Shown here: positions 16,835 to 26,676 of the stretch, piece by piece | How positions within the stretch are numbered: position 1 is the stretch's first letter | Layout: each line of letters starts with the position of its first letter | Origin: a virus | IMG/VR virus record: IMGVR_UViG_3300037461_000951 | Span: 47,067-111,066 of that record | DNA: 64,000 nt | Reading direction: 5' to 3' (one strand) | Made by a program: the position numbers and the translations under genes | The notes under the pieces: model-generated | Database searches by the model: none | Seen by the model: only the letters and a program-made list of their open reading frames with translations | Told to the model about the DNA's origin: nothing

Positions 16835-17046
16835 AAATCATTCATCCGAATACGCAATCCACATTGATCATGAACGATCAATGCCCGTTCATTGCCGAGA
16901 TCGAAACTCACGCTGGATCGGATGAAGTGTTTTATTGCGCAGTGCAGTTTGGTGAGATTGGCTATTCCGGCGCGTTGAATGTGATGCGTGAGGATTGGGA
17001 AGGGTTTAAGGCGCTCGTGGCGGAGATTGACCGGGAGTGGTCATGA
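16831..17046 (+). CDS. Hypothetical protein
   Basis: ATGA overlaps at both ends. Confidence 0.55.
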   Translation: MKIIHPNTQSTLIMNDQCPFIAEIETHAGSDEVFYCAVQFGEIGYSGALNVMREDWEGFKALVAEIDREWS

Positions 17047-17182
17047 AAATTATCGTCATGATCGGGGTGGTTTTAGTCGAAGGATGCGCTCAACCGCCGC
17101 TCGCGGTTTCGCCGCAAACAGCCTGCCAAATACCATTGGCCGTGTCTCTCTATGCGCAGCATTATTATTGCGGAGGCCGATA

Positions 17183-17566
17183 GTGAACTGGTTATTGAAT
17201 CGGTTGCGCGAGGCGAGTACCTGGCGCGGGCTGGTCTGGCTGCTGACAGTTTCGGGTGTGGCGCTACGGCCTGATCAAGTGGAAGCGATTGTATTAGCGG
17301 GTATGGCGATAGCCGGACTGCTTGGTGTGTTTCTCCAGGACAAAGTGCGCGATCCAAATGAAAGAACCCGTGCGACGGATATTCCCGAGATCGAGTTGGT
17401 GGGACGCAGCGAGTCCACTGACGCGCCGCGTCCTCCGAACGTTGTTTCTGATAATGTGCGTGTTGATTATGATGACGACGGTGGGGTTATCTGCGTGCGC
17501 CGATCTCCAGTGCCATCCGACGCTGCAATTCAACCTGAAGAGCGAGGACCTGGCTGGAATGGTTAG
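17183..17566 (+). CDS. Putative holin
   Basis: GGAGG RBS and GTG; WLLNRLREASTWRGLVWLLT...IVLAGMAIAGLLGVFL two-TM pattern; near the endolysin. Confidence 0.65.
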   Translation: MNWLLNRLREASTWRGLVWLLTVSGVALRPDQVEAIVLAGMAIAGLLGVFLQDKVRDPNERTRATDIPEIELVGRSESTDAPRPPNVVSDNVRVDYDDDGGVICVRRSPVPSDAAIQPEERGPGWNG

Positions 17567-17600
17567 CGGGGGCGCAATTCAGTGTCAAACATTGTTTTGA
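17454..17600 (+). CDS. Small lipoprotein overlapping the holin in another frame (o-spanin-like?)
   Basis: Hydrophobic run ending in lipobox LSAC; start codon uncertain. Confidence 0.4.
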   Translation: MCVLIMMTTVGLSACADLQCHPTLQFNLKSEDLAGMVSGGAIQCQTLF

Positions 17601-17682
17601 TGAGGTTAAGTGTTTTTACGTGTCATTGTGGACAGTGTTGTGATGATTATAGTGGGCTTAATTAAATCTTTTGGAGATGACG

Positions 17683-17871
17683 ATGAACAATGATAAGCGT
17701 TTGGATGTAAAGATCACATTGGTGATTACCGATAACGAGAAGCCGTTTTCTTCCTCAGTAGTGACGTGGGAAGACATGCCATATCCTATTGTTTTAGAAG
17801 TCGAGAAAAAGCTAATTGCCTTTCTCGGTGAAATGAATCAGTTGGGATATGCGGCTTTGGCAGTTGAGTGA
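17683..17871 (+). CDS. Hypothetical protein
   Basis: GGAG RBS. Confidence 0.55.
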   Translation: MNNDKRLDVKITLVITDNEKPFSSSVVTWEDMPYPIVLEVEKKLIAFLGEMNQLGYAALAVE

Positions 17872-17875
17872 TGCG

Positions 17876-18115
17876 ATGAAAGCCTTTCTGGTGGCAGCTC
17901 TGCAAACTATTGTGCGCGCCTTGGTGGGTGCGCTCAATTATGAGCGGGTGGCATTGTTGGTGCATGATTTGGAAGCGTCTGGTCTGACCGGGACGCAGAA
18001 AAAGGCCAGAGTGGTGTCAGAGTGCCAGTCGATTGCGCTGGAGATTGGCGTGGGGCTGTTGAATCTGACGATTGAGGCTGTGGTAGCCGCAATCAACGTG
18101 AAGAAGGCAAAGTAA
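17876..18115 (+). CDS. Hypothetical protein
   Basis: LTGTQKKARV motif; operon packing. Confidence 0.55.
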   Translation: MKAFLVAALQTIVRALVGALNYERVALLVHDLEASGLTGTQKKARVVSECQSIALEIGVGLLNLTIEAVVAAINVKKAK

Positions 18116-18118
18116 TCC

Positions 18119-19372
18119 ATGCCCGCTCCCAGTGGTCTAAATGTCGCCAATATTACCGCGAGCGCGGCGCGTCTGCAATGGACGCCCGTGGCTCCGACGC
18201 ATTGGCGGCTGACGGTTCAGACAACGGGAGCGGGTCAAGATTACACAGTCAATATTGCCGCAGGCACGACGCCAAATATCGACATTGATTGGGGCGATGG
18301 TGGCGCAGTGGAGAACTTCACCTCGACGGGCCAGAAAACCCATACGTTCACTTCGGCGGGGACGTATACGGTTAAGATCAGTGGGTCATTTGCGAGTGGC
18401 GGAAATATTCGGTTAGGGAGTAATGCAGGCAACCGGGCGCGATTGAAGGCGACGGGAGCGATTCCGCTGATCAGTGGGCTGGTGAATTTTAGGGATTCTT
18501 TTTCTAATTGCACAGGAATTACAGCAATTCCCACGGACCTATTCAGATACAACACCGCAGTTTCTACGAGTGGTTTTTATGCGACCTTCCAAGGTTGCAC
18601 AGGTATTACAGCAATTCCCACGGACTTGTTTAGATATAACACGGCGGTTTCTTCGAATGGGTTTAATACGACCTTCTACGGTTGCACAGGAATTACTGCA
18701 ATACCCACCGACTTGTTCAGATACAACACCGCAGTTTCTACGAGTGGGTTTCAGCAGACCTTCTACGGTTGCGCAGGTATTACAGCGATTCCAACAGGAT
18801 TGTTTGATTATAACACCGCAGTTTCGACGAGTGGTTTTTATGCGACCTTCCAAGCTTGCACAGGTATTACTTCAATTCCCACCGACTTGTTCAGATACAA
18901 CACCGCAGTTTCTACGAGTGGTTTTAATATGACATTTCGTGACTGTGCAAGTATTACTGAAATCCCAACGGACTTGTTTAGATACAATACATTGGTTTCG
19001 ACGAATGGGTTCGAAAGGACTTTCTTTGGTTGTTCGTCGCTTGCCACGGCTCCTGCATTACTCTTTAAATATAATACAGCTTGTACATCTTTTTATCAGT
19101 TATTCATGAATTGCAGCAAACTCCAACTCCGTGCTGATCTATTTTTCGATACAGGAGAAGAAAGCACTCGTTTTCTGAATAAGTCTGTTGATTTTTTAGA
19201 GGCTATGCGAATTGTTAGCACCTTCACCGGAACTCAAGGGACGGCTCCTGCGTTGTGGACCTGTGATTTCGGCACCGGAACACCGACGACTACGAACTGC
19301 TTCACCGGCCACACAACCAGTTCTGTCACCAACCATGCCAGCATTCCGACCGCTTGGGGAGGACCCGCTTAA
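18119..19372 (+). CDS. Virion surface protein: FN3 fragment, PKD domain and BspA-type LRR repeats
   Basis: PSGLNVANITASAARLQWT; IDWGDG..HTFTSAGTYTVKI; six 28-aa repeats CTGITAIPTDLFRYNTAVSTSGFxxTFxG (84-bp DNA repeats). Confidence 0.8.
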   Translation: MPAPSGLNVANITASAARLQWTPVAPTHWRLTVQTTGAGQDYTVNIAAGTTPNIDIDWGDGGAVENFTSTGQKTHTFTSAGTYTVKISGSFASGGNIRLGSNAGNRARLKATGAIPLISGLVNFRDSFSNCTGITAIPTDLFRYNTAVSTSGFYATFQGCTGITAIPTDLFRYNTAVSSNGFNTTFYGCTGITAIPTDLFRYNTAVSTSGFQQTFYGCAGITAIPTGLFDYNTAVSTSGFYATFQACTGITSIPTDLFRYNTAVSTSGFNMTFRDCASITEIPTDLFRYNTLVSTNGFERTFFGCSSLATAPALLFKYNTACTSFYQLFMNCSKLQLRADLFFDTGEESTRFLNKSVDFLEAMRIVSTFTGTQGTAPALWTCDFGTGTPTTTNCFTGHTTSSVTNHASIPTAWGGPA

Positions 19373-19782
19373 TGATGCAATTCACGCGCATTGAAGAACA
19401 CATCGATTCTGACGGACAACCTGAGTTGTTCGTTTCGGGAACCACGACTGACCCCTTGACTGGCGATAGTGTTCTGTTTGCCCATTGGGTGCAGAACGTG
19501 GCGTATGCCCGCTACAAATCCGGGGAATCCCTATCCACGATTCTCAGTGGGGTCGTGGCGCAACGGATCAGCGCTCATCGCCAGGAACAGGGCCAAAACG
19601 TCGCCAAGCTGCTGGAATTGGACGCGCTGAATCGCGGGCAGTTTCTCGCAAAAGACGTGGATACAGAATACACCTTGCAATCTCCCACGGGGGAAATTGT
19701 GACCACTTTCGTGCCAAAAGGCACGGCATTGACTTTGCCCGCAGGGCATTCATTTATTGCCGAATTTCCGGTAGGAGTGTGA
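19372..19782 (+). CDS. Hypothetical protein
   Basis: GGAGG RBS, TAATG coupling. Confidence 0.65.
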   Translation: MMQFTRIEEHIDSDGQPELFVSGTTTDPLTGDSVLFAHWVQNVAYARYKSGESLSTILSGVVAQRISAHRQEQGQNVAKLLELDALNRGQFLAKDVDTEYTLQSPTGEIVTTFVPKGTALTLPAGHSFIAEFPVGV

Positions 19783-19783
19783 T

Positions 19784-20083
19784 ATGGCAACTCTGGTTTA
19801 TATCGACAAATCCAAGGCTTTGGGGCAGCGCACTCTTTCTGCCGTGCGTCTTATCAATCAAGGCATCTACGAACTTATGGCGTTAAATGGGACACGTGCG
19901 GAAGTGATTGCTGTCTCCCAAGCCGCGATGGCGAATGCTTTCGGGGCGGATTCCAACGCTTCGGCACAAGCCTTATCGGATCGCATCAGCACCGTGGTGA
20001 CGAAGTTCAACGGCGCGACGGATTTTGCTGTGTCTTTGCGTGACTTGCTGAATGCCACGATTGATGGCGCACCTCCGGCTTGA
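19784..20083 (+). CDS. Hypothetical protein, paralogue of 26677-26943
   Basis: Shared G.RA..I...FG...AQA.SDR...L.D...AT pattern. Confidence 0.7.
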   Translation: MATLVYIDKSKALGQRTLSAVRLINQGIYELMALNGTRAEVIAVSQAAMANAFGADSNASAQALSDRISTVVTKFNGATDFAVSLRDLLNATIDGAPPA

Positions 20084-20095
20084 TGAGTTGAGCGC

Positions 20096-21091
20096 ATGAG
20101 CGTCCTCTACGATGTTGAATGGCGATTAGCTTCTACTGACGTAGTAATCGGCTCTGTCAGTGGCTTAACGACGGTCGATTATTACTACCTGTCGGGGCTG
20201 TCGTCGTGTACCTCGTATGAGTGGCGCATTCGTGCAGATGATTTCGGAACCAAATCGGATTGGAGTGACTGGACGGCGTTCCAGACCGCATTGGTGACTA
20301 CTGCGGTTAATGTCGTTGTTGTGGCGCACCCTCCATGCGTTAATGGGGTTTGGCGTACAGCAGATGAAACCAGTGGAACCGCAGATGAGACCAGTTTAAA
20401 AGCAGATAAAACTTGTTCACCATTTGCAAATGTGGGGTTACTGCCTGTAAATGTTGTTGTTGGAACATCTGTGCCGAGTATTGCTACGGGTGTTGCAGTT
20501 TCCATTTCATCTGTTAATGTGAATGTTGATCTTAGTGTACCATCTATTCATACAGGTGCCAGTGTTTCAACTTCGTCAGTTGATATATTGATTGAAACTT
20601 TTGTACCTAGTATTGCCACGGGAGTGAATGTTGAAGTTCCAGTACAAGATATTGGAATTTCTGCAATAGTGCCATCTATTGCAACGGGTGCCAGTGTTGA
20701 AGTTCCAGTACAAGATATATTGATTGAAACCTCTGTACCCAGTATTGCAACGGGTGCCAGTGTTGAAGTTCCAGTACAAGATATATTGATTGAAACCTCT
20801 GTACCCAGTATTGCAACGGGTGCCAGTGTTGAAGTTCCAGTACAAGATGTTGAAATTTCTGCAATAGTTCCATTAATTGCAACGGGTGTTAATATATTTG
20901 CAACAGAAGTTATTGTTGATGTAGTATCCGTGGTGCCGATGATTCAAACAGGCAGTAATGTGATTGTACCATTCAGTGAAATTATTATTAATGTACCTGA
21001 CGTGACTTTTGTGGGGATGATGCCGGATGGAGTAGATCGTCCACGGGTTGTCTCTAGCACCCGTCGATTACGAGTGAGTCGTGCGATATGA
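20096..21091 (+). CDS. Virion fibre-like protein with FN3 domain and 22-aa Val/Ser-rich repeats
   Basis: LSGLSSCTSYEWRIRA..SDWSDW; VPSIATGASVEVPVQDILIETS repeats (66-bp tandem DNA repeats). Confidence 0.75.
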   Translation: MSVLYDVEWRLASTDVVIGSVSGLTTVDYYYLSGLSSCTSYEWRIRADDFGTKSDWSDWTAFQTALVTTAVNVVVVAHPPCVNGVWRTADETSGTADETSLKADKTCSPFANVGLLPVNVVVGTSVPSIATGVAVSISSVNVNVDLSVPSIHTGASVSTSSVDILIETFVPSIATGVNVEVPVQDIGISAIVPSIATGASVEVPVQDILIETSVPSIATGASVEVPVQDILIETSVPSIATGASVEVPVQDVEISAIVPLIATGVNIFATEVIVDVVSVVPMIQTGSNVIVPFSEIIINVPDVTFVGMMPDGVDRPRVVSSTRRLRVSRAI

Positions 21092-21441
21092 GTCTTTTAA
21101 GAGAAACTTTTTTTGCTGCCCATAATAATGTGATTCGCTTAACCTTAAGCGAAGATACATCTGTTTTTTCTGTCGCATATCCCACAGTCACACCTACTCG
21201 TTGGTTATTTACGATACATGCGACGGTGCCGATTGTAGCAGATTCTTTGATCACACCTAATGCGTTTGAGTGGGATGCAGTACATTCTATTTTAGAAATT
21301 AAATTGGGAACATTAGTGACCACGGCAATGAATTATACCGCATCTACTTTGGTGGTGTATGCGGCAGAGTGGCCTGAAGGTTTAGTTTGGTTTAATCCTA
21401 CATGTACACCTGATAAGGTGTTCATTCGTATTTGCGCTTAA
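21088..21441 (+). CDS. Hypothetical (probable virion) protein
   Basis: ATGA overlap within the structural operon. Confidence 0.6.
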   Translation: MSLLRETFFAAHNNVIRLTLSEDTSVFSVAYPTVTPTRWLFTIHATVPIVADSLITPNAFEWDAVHSILEIKLGTLVTTAMNYTASTLVVYAAEWPEGLVWFNPTCTPDKVFIRICA

Positions 21442-21458
21442 TTTTAGGAGTTTTTCTT

Positions 21459-21905
21459 ATGGCTGTCACTGTCACGCTCTACAATCACACGGTCGCTCGC
21501 TTTGCGTCAGGCGCAAACGCCATAGGTGACACGTATAAAATTAATTTGTATTCTGCGTTTACTTTTGATGCAACGGCAACGACGAAAGCGGCTGCTGAGT
21601 CTGGTGCGACTCAATTAACGACGCAGTATGGTTATACTCAAGATGATATGACGCTCTCGAATGCGGCAGTCACAGTTGTTGCGACGAATGATGCTAAATT
21701 TGATGCAGATGATGTAACGTGGAATGCTTTAGGTGGGGATATCGGTCCAGCATCTTATGCGTTGATTTATAATGACACCGATACGGATGATCCTCCGGTT
21801 GCGTATGTCGAATTTGGTGAAGCCAAAACATCTAATACGGGTACGCCTTTTATCATTACGTGGGGTGCCTCAGGAATTGTAACGTTTAGTTATACTCCTG
21901 CTTAA
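21459..21905 (+). CDS. Putative virion structural protein
   Basis: AGGAG RBS; GYT..G/D.TL...FDADDVTW...ALIYNDT pattern typical of tail/decoration proteins. Confidence 0.7.
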   Translation: MAVTVTLYNHTVARFASGANAIGDTYKINLYSAFTFDATATTKAAAESGATQLTTQYGYTQDDMTLSNAAVTVVATNDAKFDADDVTWNALGGDIGPASYALIYNDTDTDDPPVAYVEFGEAKTSNTGTPFIITWGASGIVTFSYTPA

Positions 21906-21942
21906 TCATGATCAGCCGCAGATTTACATGAGAGTTTAAATT

Positions 21943-22371
21943 ATGGCGAAGCAAACAATTAATGTGGGTACTGTGGCTGATGATGATACTGGAGATACGT
22001 TTCGGGCTTCTTTTATTAAGTGCAATGAGAATTTCACTGAGTTGTATACGGTGCCTGTCGTTGCTGTAACGACGACAGTGACTCCTGATGACACGAATAG
22101 TGGAACGATTTACACTAATGAAGGTGATGCAGATGGAGCCACGGTTTTTCTTCCGACTGCTGCCGCAGGGTTGAAATTTATCCTTTATGTGCAGACTGCA
22201 CAAGTGTTGACTGTCACTGCCGCCGCAGGCGACACGATTCGCATTGCTTCCAACGCCACGGCAGAGGCGGGCAGCATTACTTCTTCTGTGGTGGGGTCGT
22301 CTGTGACTCTTGTAGCGATTAATGCCACTGAATGGGTGGCGACCTCTTCTGTAGGTTCTTGGAGCTTCTAA
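21943..22371 (+). CDS. Structural protein with T4 gp9/gp10-like N-terminal motif
   Basis: KQTINVGTVADDDTGDTFRASFIKCNENFTELY. Confidence 0.75.
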   Translation: MAKQTINVGTVADDDTGDTFRASFIKCNENFTELYTVPVVAVTTTVTPDDTNSGTIYTNEGDADGATVFLPTAAAGLKFILYVQTAQVLTVTAAAGDTIRIASNATAEAGSITSSVVGSSVTLVAINATEWVATSSVGSWSF

Positions 22372-22949
22372 TGCCGACTGTACATGCGGGTTCTCCGATC
22401 ACCTGGACCGATGCGCTTTGTCCATCTCACGCAGCAGGTGCAGGATCTACTGCACCGAGTTACACCACTGATTTTATTGCTGAGACGGGAAGTGATGACA
22501 ACGAGTTGCGCATCCCTGTTTTTAATCCCGGCGACCGAGTGTATACCTCGTTGCAACTCCCGCATGATGTCTATCGTCCGTCGAGTGGGAATGTGATTTT
22601 ACGTCCTCATGTTCACTGGACTTTCGTTGCGGAACCGACGACGAGCCGAACGGTAATCTGGGAATTGCATTATGTCGTGGCGAAGATTGGTGCGACATTT
22701 GCCAGTTCGGTGACGCCTTTAACGGCAACGACCTACACCACGACGGGTGACGCTGAGGTGCGGATGCATTTCGTCACGAGTCTGGGGAATATTACCGTGG
22801 CGGCGGCGGATATGGGACCGAGTATGATTTTTATCGGCAACCTGGTATTGAAAAACACCTCCACCGTTGATAACGCCCGTGTGGGGTTGCTGTCGTTTGA
22901 TTATCACTATCAGACGGGACCGCGCGGTACTGATACTGAGTTTTCTTGA
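22371..22949 (+). CDS. Hypothetical beta-rich virion protein
   Basis: QLPHD...PHVHW...VIWELHY motif; TAATG coupling. Confidence 0.65.
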   Translation: MPTVHAGSPITWTDALCPSHAAGAGSTAPSYTTDFIAETGSDDNELRIPVFNPGDRVYTSLQLPHDVYRPSSGNVILRPHVHWTFVAEPTTSRTVIWELHYVVAKIGATFASSVTPLTATTYTTTGDAEVRMHFVTSLGNITVAAADMGPSMIFIGNLVLKNTSTVDNARVGLLSFDYHYQTGPRGTDTEFS

Positions 22950-23061
22950 TGCTTCGCGTTCTGGCCTATTTAGTGATGTTGATCTTTTGTATCGGAGCTT
23001 CTTTGTGGATCGGGACACTGTAATTAATTTAGATTCAGATGATGATTCCCCGGAGGAATTG

Positions 23062-23412
23062 ATGGTCAGTTTAACGAAAGACCGTCGTTCGGGTCATGAT
23101 CGTCGGATAGAATTTGTGGAACCAGATTCTGCTAGGCAGTTTCGTCGAGATGTTGAACGGGAATATCGTTTAGAAATTCGGCAACTACGAGAAGAAGAAA
23201 CCGCAAAAGACTTGGTAATTTCTGAGTTGAAAGCCGAATTAGCAACGATTCGAGAGTGGCAACGGGATAAGGAAGAAACTCTGCAAGCGGCAAAAGTGAT
23301 TGTTCATGCCGGGGTTGCATTAAAATTTGCGATTATGGTCTTAATTGGAATTACGGCAGCGATTGGTGGGATTGCGGCCAGTTTAGAAGCGTTTAAAGCA
23401 TGGTTCAGATAA
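23062..23412 (+). CDS. Coiled-coil protein with C-terminal TM segment
   Basis: GGAGG RBS; coiled coil then hydrophobic tail. Confidence 0.6.
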   Translation: MVSLTKDRRSGHDRRIEFVEPDSARQFRRDVEREYRLEIRQLREEETAKDLVISELKAELATIREWQRDKEETLQAAKVIVHAGVALKFAIMVLIGITAAIGGIAASLEAFKAWFR

Positions 23413-23894
23413 CTCGTTGGTGGAGTGAGACCTGTCGATTTTGCCGTATTATAGATCGCTTATTGTCTGCGGCGTTGCGCTTGTTGGTGATTGTGTTATC
23501 ACTGTATGGTGGTTATTTGATGATAGGTTGGTGGCAAGATGCTTCTTCAGTAGTAGAATTTGGTTTTGGAGATGTGAGTAATTCTACTGCACGACCTAAT
23601 GATGTGTTAATTTTTTATCAGTCTTTTAAGAAGAATCGCAACTGTTGGGGAACCGTTCGGCGTATTCTCGTTGGGGAGTGTGGATTCTTTATCATTAGTG
23701 ATAGTCCTTCATGGATTCATGCCCCTTGGGAAGGTCGTTTGACCTATGCAGTACAAATTCCACCTGAGGCGATTCCTGGAGAGTGTGGTTTTCAGATTGT
23801 GGCACGATTTGTCTGTAATCCATTGGATCTGATTGATCCACGTATGGTATCTACGAAACCTATTACATTTAAAGTGTTACGTTATGACCAATAA
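23400..23894 (+). CDS. Membrane-anchored hypothetical protein
   Basis: N-terminal TM, Cys-containing soluble domain. Confidence 0.6.
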   Translation: MVQITRWWSETCRFCRIIDRLLSAALRLLVIVLSLYGGYLMIGWWQDASSVVEFGFGDVSNSTARPNDVLIFYQSFKKNRNCWGTVRRILVGECGFFIISDSPSWIHAPWEGRLTYAVQIPPEAIPGECGFQIVARFVCNPLDLIDPRMVSTKPITFKVLRYDQ

Positions 23895-24025
23895 AGATGC
23901 AGATCGATTGATTAAAAAGTTGATAGATGCTCAAACTCGTTATCCGTTACCTAAGCTTCGTTCAATTTATAAAGAAAAGGTAAGTCAACGGTCGTTTTTT
24001 CGTTGTTTCAAATTGGAGAATCGTC

Positions 24026-24406
24026 ATGTCTAATGAACAAAACATTGAGTTGGAAATTCAATCTAAAGGTCTAAATGCTCCAAGACTTTCTCCAGAAAAA
24101 ATTGATGCGGTTATTGTTGGGGAAGATTATTATGTATTTCCTAATACGACAGTGACGGTCTGCTGTTTGAAACTGCGTAATGGTTACACCGTAGTCGGAG
24201 AAAGCGCGTCGGTCAGCGCAGAAAATTTTGATGTTGAATTGGGAAGAAAAATTGCCCGTCAACATGCAAGAGATAAGATTTGGGCGCTGGAGGGATATTT
24301 GCTGCGTGAATCACTATCGCTTTGGCAGGCGAAAGAAGAAATGATGGCTCAGAGTGTTCTAATCAATCCTAAGATTGATTCAGGTAATGAAAATGAAAGT
24401 TTTTGA
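24026..24406 (+). CDS. Phage N4 gp49/Sf6 gp66 family protein (candidate Acb4-like nucleotide sponge)
   Basis: IQSKGLNAPRLSPEKID...VTVCCLKLRNGYTVVGESASVSAENFDVELGRKIAR..ARDKIWALEGYLLRE. Confidence 0.85.
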   Translation: MSNEQNIELEIQSKGLNAPRLSPEKIDAVIVGEDYYVFPNTTVTVCCLKLRNGYTVVGESASVSAENFDVELGRKIARQHARDKIWALEGYLLRESLSLWQAKEEMMAQSVLINPKIDSGNENESF

Positions 24407-24596
24407 GGTTGTCATTGAGTTTTGTCGTGATAAGAGCCAAATTATTGAAAAGGACGTTCAATATGTGACTTCTGAAGAAAATACTCTTTTATCTGTGGCG
24501 GAGTATTTTGCACAACATTGTTTTGAGTATGAGAAAGATTTAATCAGTGTGAGAGAGGTTTTAACTGTTGTGCAGCATATACAGAATGTTGAATGA
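24393..24596 (+). CDS. Hypothetical protein
   Basis: Operon packing. Confidence 0.5.
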   Translation: MKVFEVVIEFCRDKSQIIEKDVQYVTSEENTLLSVAEYFAQHCFEYEKDLISVREVLTVVQHIQNVE

Positions 24597-24618
24597 ATAT
24601 TCTGGGACTGGAGGATGT

Positions 24619-24831
24619 ATGAAAGATAAAACACTTATGAAAGATAAAACACTTACTATTTTAGCTTTATTTGGTTGGGTGTTGTTATTGGGGCTGGCCG
24701 GGTATCAAATTGTAGATTATTTTAAGTTTAAAAATGCGGGGAAGCGTTTTACAGCGGCAGATGGACAAGCGTTGTGTTTACGAGTACAAGCCTTGGAAAT
24801 GGACAAAAAGCCGTGTCAGTATGCTCCATAG
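24619..24831 (+). CDS. Small membrane protein
   Basis: GGAGG RBS; TM segment; GKRFTAADG motif. Confidence 0.55.
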   Translation: MKDKTLMKDKTLTILALFGWVLLLGLAGYQIVDYFKFKNAGKRFTAADGQALCLRVQALEMDKKPCQYAP

Positions 24832-24894
24832 TTTTTCTTGACATTTAAGAAAATTATTTATACAGTATTATTTAAATAAAGGTGGGATCAAGAT

Positions 24895-26658
24895 ATGGCA
24901 AGTAAATTGAGTAGTTTAATTTCTGCATTGGTTACTAAGGCTACACCCGTAGATGCGGATAAATTGCCTATCTTAAATTCTGCTGATTCAGATAATTTTA
25001 ATTGGTTGAGTTTTTCTAGTTTAAAAACATATTTGTCGGGTTTATATGCGGCGGTTTCGCATAATCATTCTGGTGTTTATATAGCGACTGGAGCCGATGC
25101 GGCTGACCTCACCAGCGGCACAGCGACGGATGGTCATGTCTTGACCGCCGATGGCTCTGGCGGCGCGGCCTGGGAAGCGGTCCCTGGCGGCGATCTCGTC
25201 AACGATACCAGCCCGCAACTGGGCGGCGATCTCGACTTGAACGGGAGTCAGATTACCGGCAGTGGCGGGACGGTGACGACCTCGCAGCCCATTCTTGATG
25301 TTTCGCAGACGTGGAACAATGCGGCGGTGACGTTCGCCGGGATTAAGGCGAACATCACCGATACCGCGAGTGCTGCTGGTAGTTTGCTGCTGGATTTGCA
25401 GGTGGGGTCTGCTAGCCTATTCAATGTTACAAAGACGGGTGATTTACGGAAAGGCACCCAAACAATATTGTCGTATGGCGTCATAGACGCATATACGGTG
25501 GAGGTTCCAGATGCAGGTTTTCGTGCGGGGACAGCATCAGGGAAAATTTTTGTCGGGAATTTTGGGCTTGTAACCAATATATTTGGAATGTCGGCTAATG
25601 TTCCAAACCGCGGGACCGTGCCCGATGTTTATTTAGAGCGCGATGCCGCCAATACCTTCTCTCAACGCAACGGCACCAACGCCCAAACCTTCCGCCTCTA
25701 CAACACCTACACCGACGCGAGTAATTACGAGCGGTTGGCGCTTACGTGGGATTCTAATGTCGCCAAAATCCAGCCGGAAGCAGCAGGTACGGGAACACTG
25801 CGCAATTTACAGATAGGCCCATCTGTAAATTTGGTAGGTGGCACTGTCACTACGTCGAAGCCGGTTTTGGATGTCTCGCAGACCTGGAACGATGCGGCGG
25901 TCACGTTCACGGGAATCAAGGCGAATATCACCGATACCGCGAGTGCGGCGGCGAGCAATCTGCTCGATCTCCAGTTGAATGGGGCGAGTAAGTTTAAAGT
26001 ATCGAAGAGTGGGATTATCACACTTTCCTCAAATGCTGTTATTGCATATCAGACATTTCTAGGTAAACTTATTTCGTTTGACCCGTCTGGGCTAAGCATC
26101 GTTGCAAGCATTTCAAATAACATTGGTCTTTTAATTGACTCTAGGGATGGGCGCGGAGTTGGGTTTATTGGAGGGAGCGCCAGTGGAGGAGGCAATCCTG
26201 ATACAGTTTTAACCCGCGACGATGCCGATACTTTAGCCCAACGCCGTACCACCAATGCCCAAACCTTCCGTCTCTACAACACCTACACTAATTCCAGCAA
26301 TTACGAGCGGCTGGCGCTCAAATGGGATTCCAATGTTTTCAAGATCACTACCGAAGCCCTTGGTACTGGCACCCTGCGCGGATTAAATATTGGCGAGGCC
26401 GTGACCAGTCTGGTGGGCTTTTATGGCGTAACGCCAGTCGTGCAACAGGCCAGCGCCGATCAAGCGGTGGTGACGCTCGGCAATGCGGACAGTGAAATTG
26501 GAGGATTGACGTTTTCCAGCACTCCGACACAAGAAGAGTGTCAGGCGCTGCGGGACAAGTGCGAAGAATTGGCGGATGACGTGCGAGCGTTATCCACGTT
26601 AGTGCATTCGTTACGAACGGCACTGCTCAATGTCGGCCTCATCAAAGGCGCGGCTTAA
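24895..26658 (+). CDS. Tail/head fibre-like protein with internal duplication
   Basis: DTSPQLGGDLDLNG motif; two copies of TVTTS..LDVSQTWN.AAVTF.GIKANITDTASAA and of NAQTFRLYNTYT..SNYERLAL.WDSNV; C-terminal coiled coil. Confidence 0.75.
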   Translation: MASKLSSLISALVTKATPVDADKLPILNSADSDNFNWLSFSSLKTYLSGLYAAVSHNHSGVYIATGADAADLTSGTATDGHVLTADGSGGAAWEAVPGGDLVNDTSPQLGGDLDLNGSQITGSGGTVTTSQPILDVSQTWNNAAVTFAGIKANITDTASAAGSLLLDLQVGSASLFNVTKTGDLRKGTQTILSYGVIDAYTVEVPDAGFRAGTASGKIFVGNFGLVTNIFGMSANVPNRGTVPDVYLERDAANTFSQRNGTNAQTFRLYNTYTDASNYERLALTWDSNVAKIQPEAAGTGTLRNLQIGPSVNLVGGTVTTSKPVLDVSQTWNDAAVTFTGIKANITDTASAAASNLLDLQLNGASKFKVSKSGIITLSSNAVIAYQTFLGKLISFDPSGLSIVASISNNIGLLIDSRDGRGVGFIGGSASGGGNPDTVLTRDDADTLAQRRTTNAQTFRLYNTYTNSSNYERLALKWDSNVFKITTEALGTGTLRGLNIGEAVTSLVGFYGVTPVVQQASADQAVVTLGNADSEIGGLTFSSTPTQEECQALRDKCEELADDVRALSTLVHSLRTALLNVGLIKGAA

Positions 26659-26676
26659 CTTTAGAGGGTATTACTC

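Noticed and set aside
18505-19035. Diversity-generating retroelement
   Set aside because: Repeats are in-frame tandem coding units, differences are not adenine-specific, and there is no reverse transcriptase in the window.
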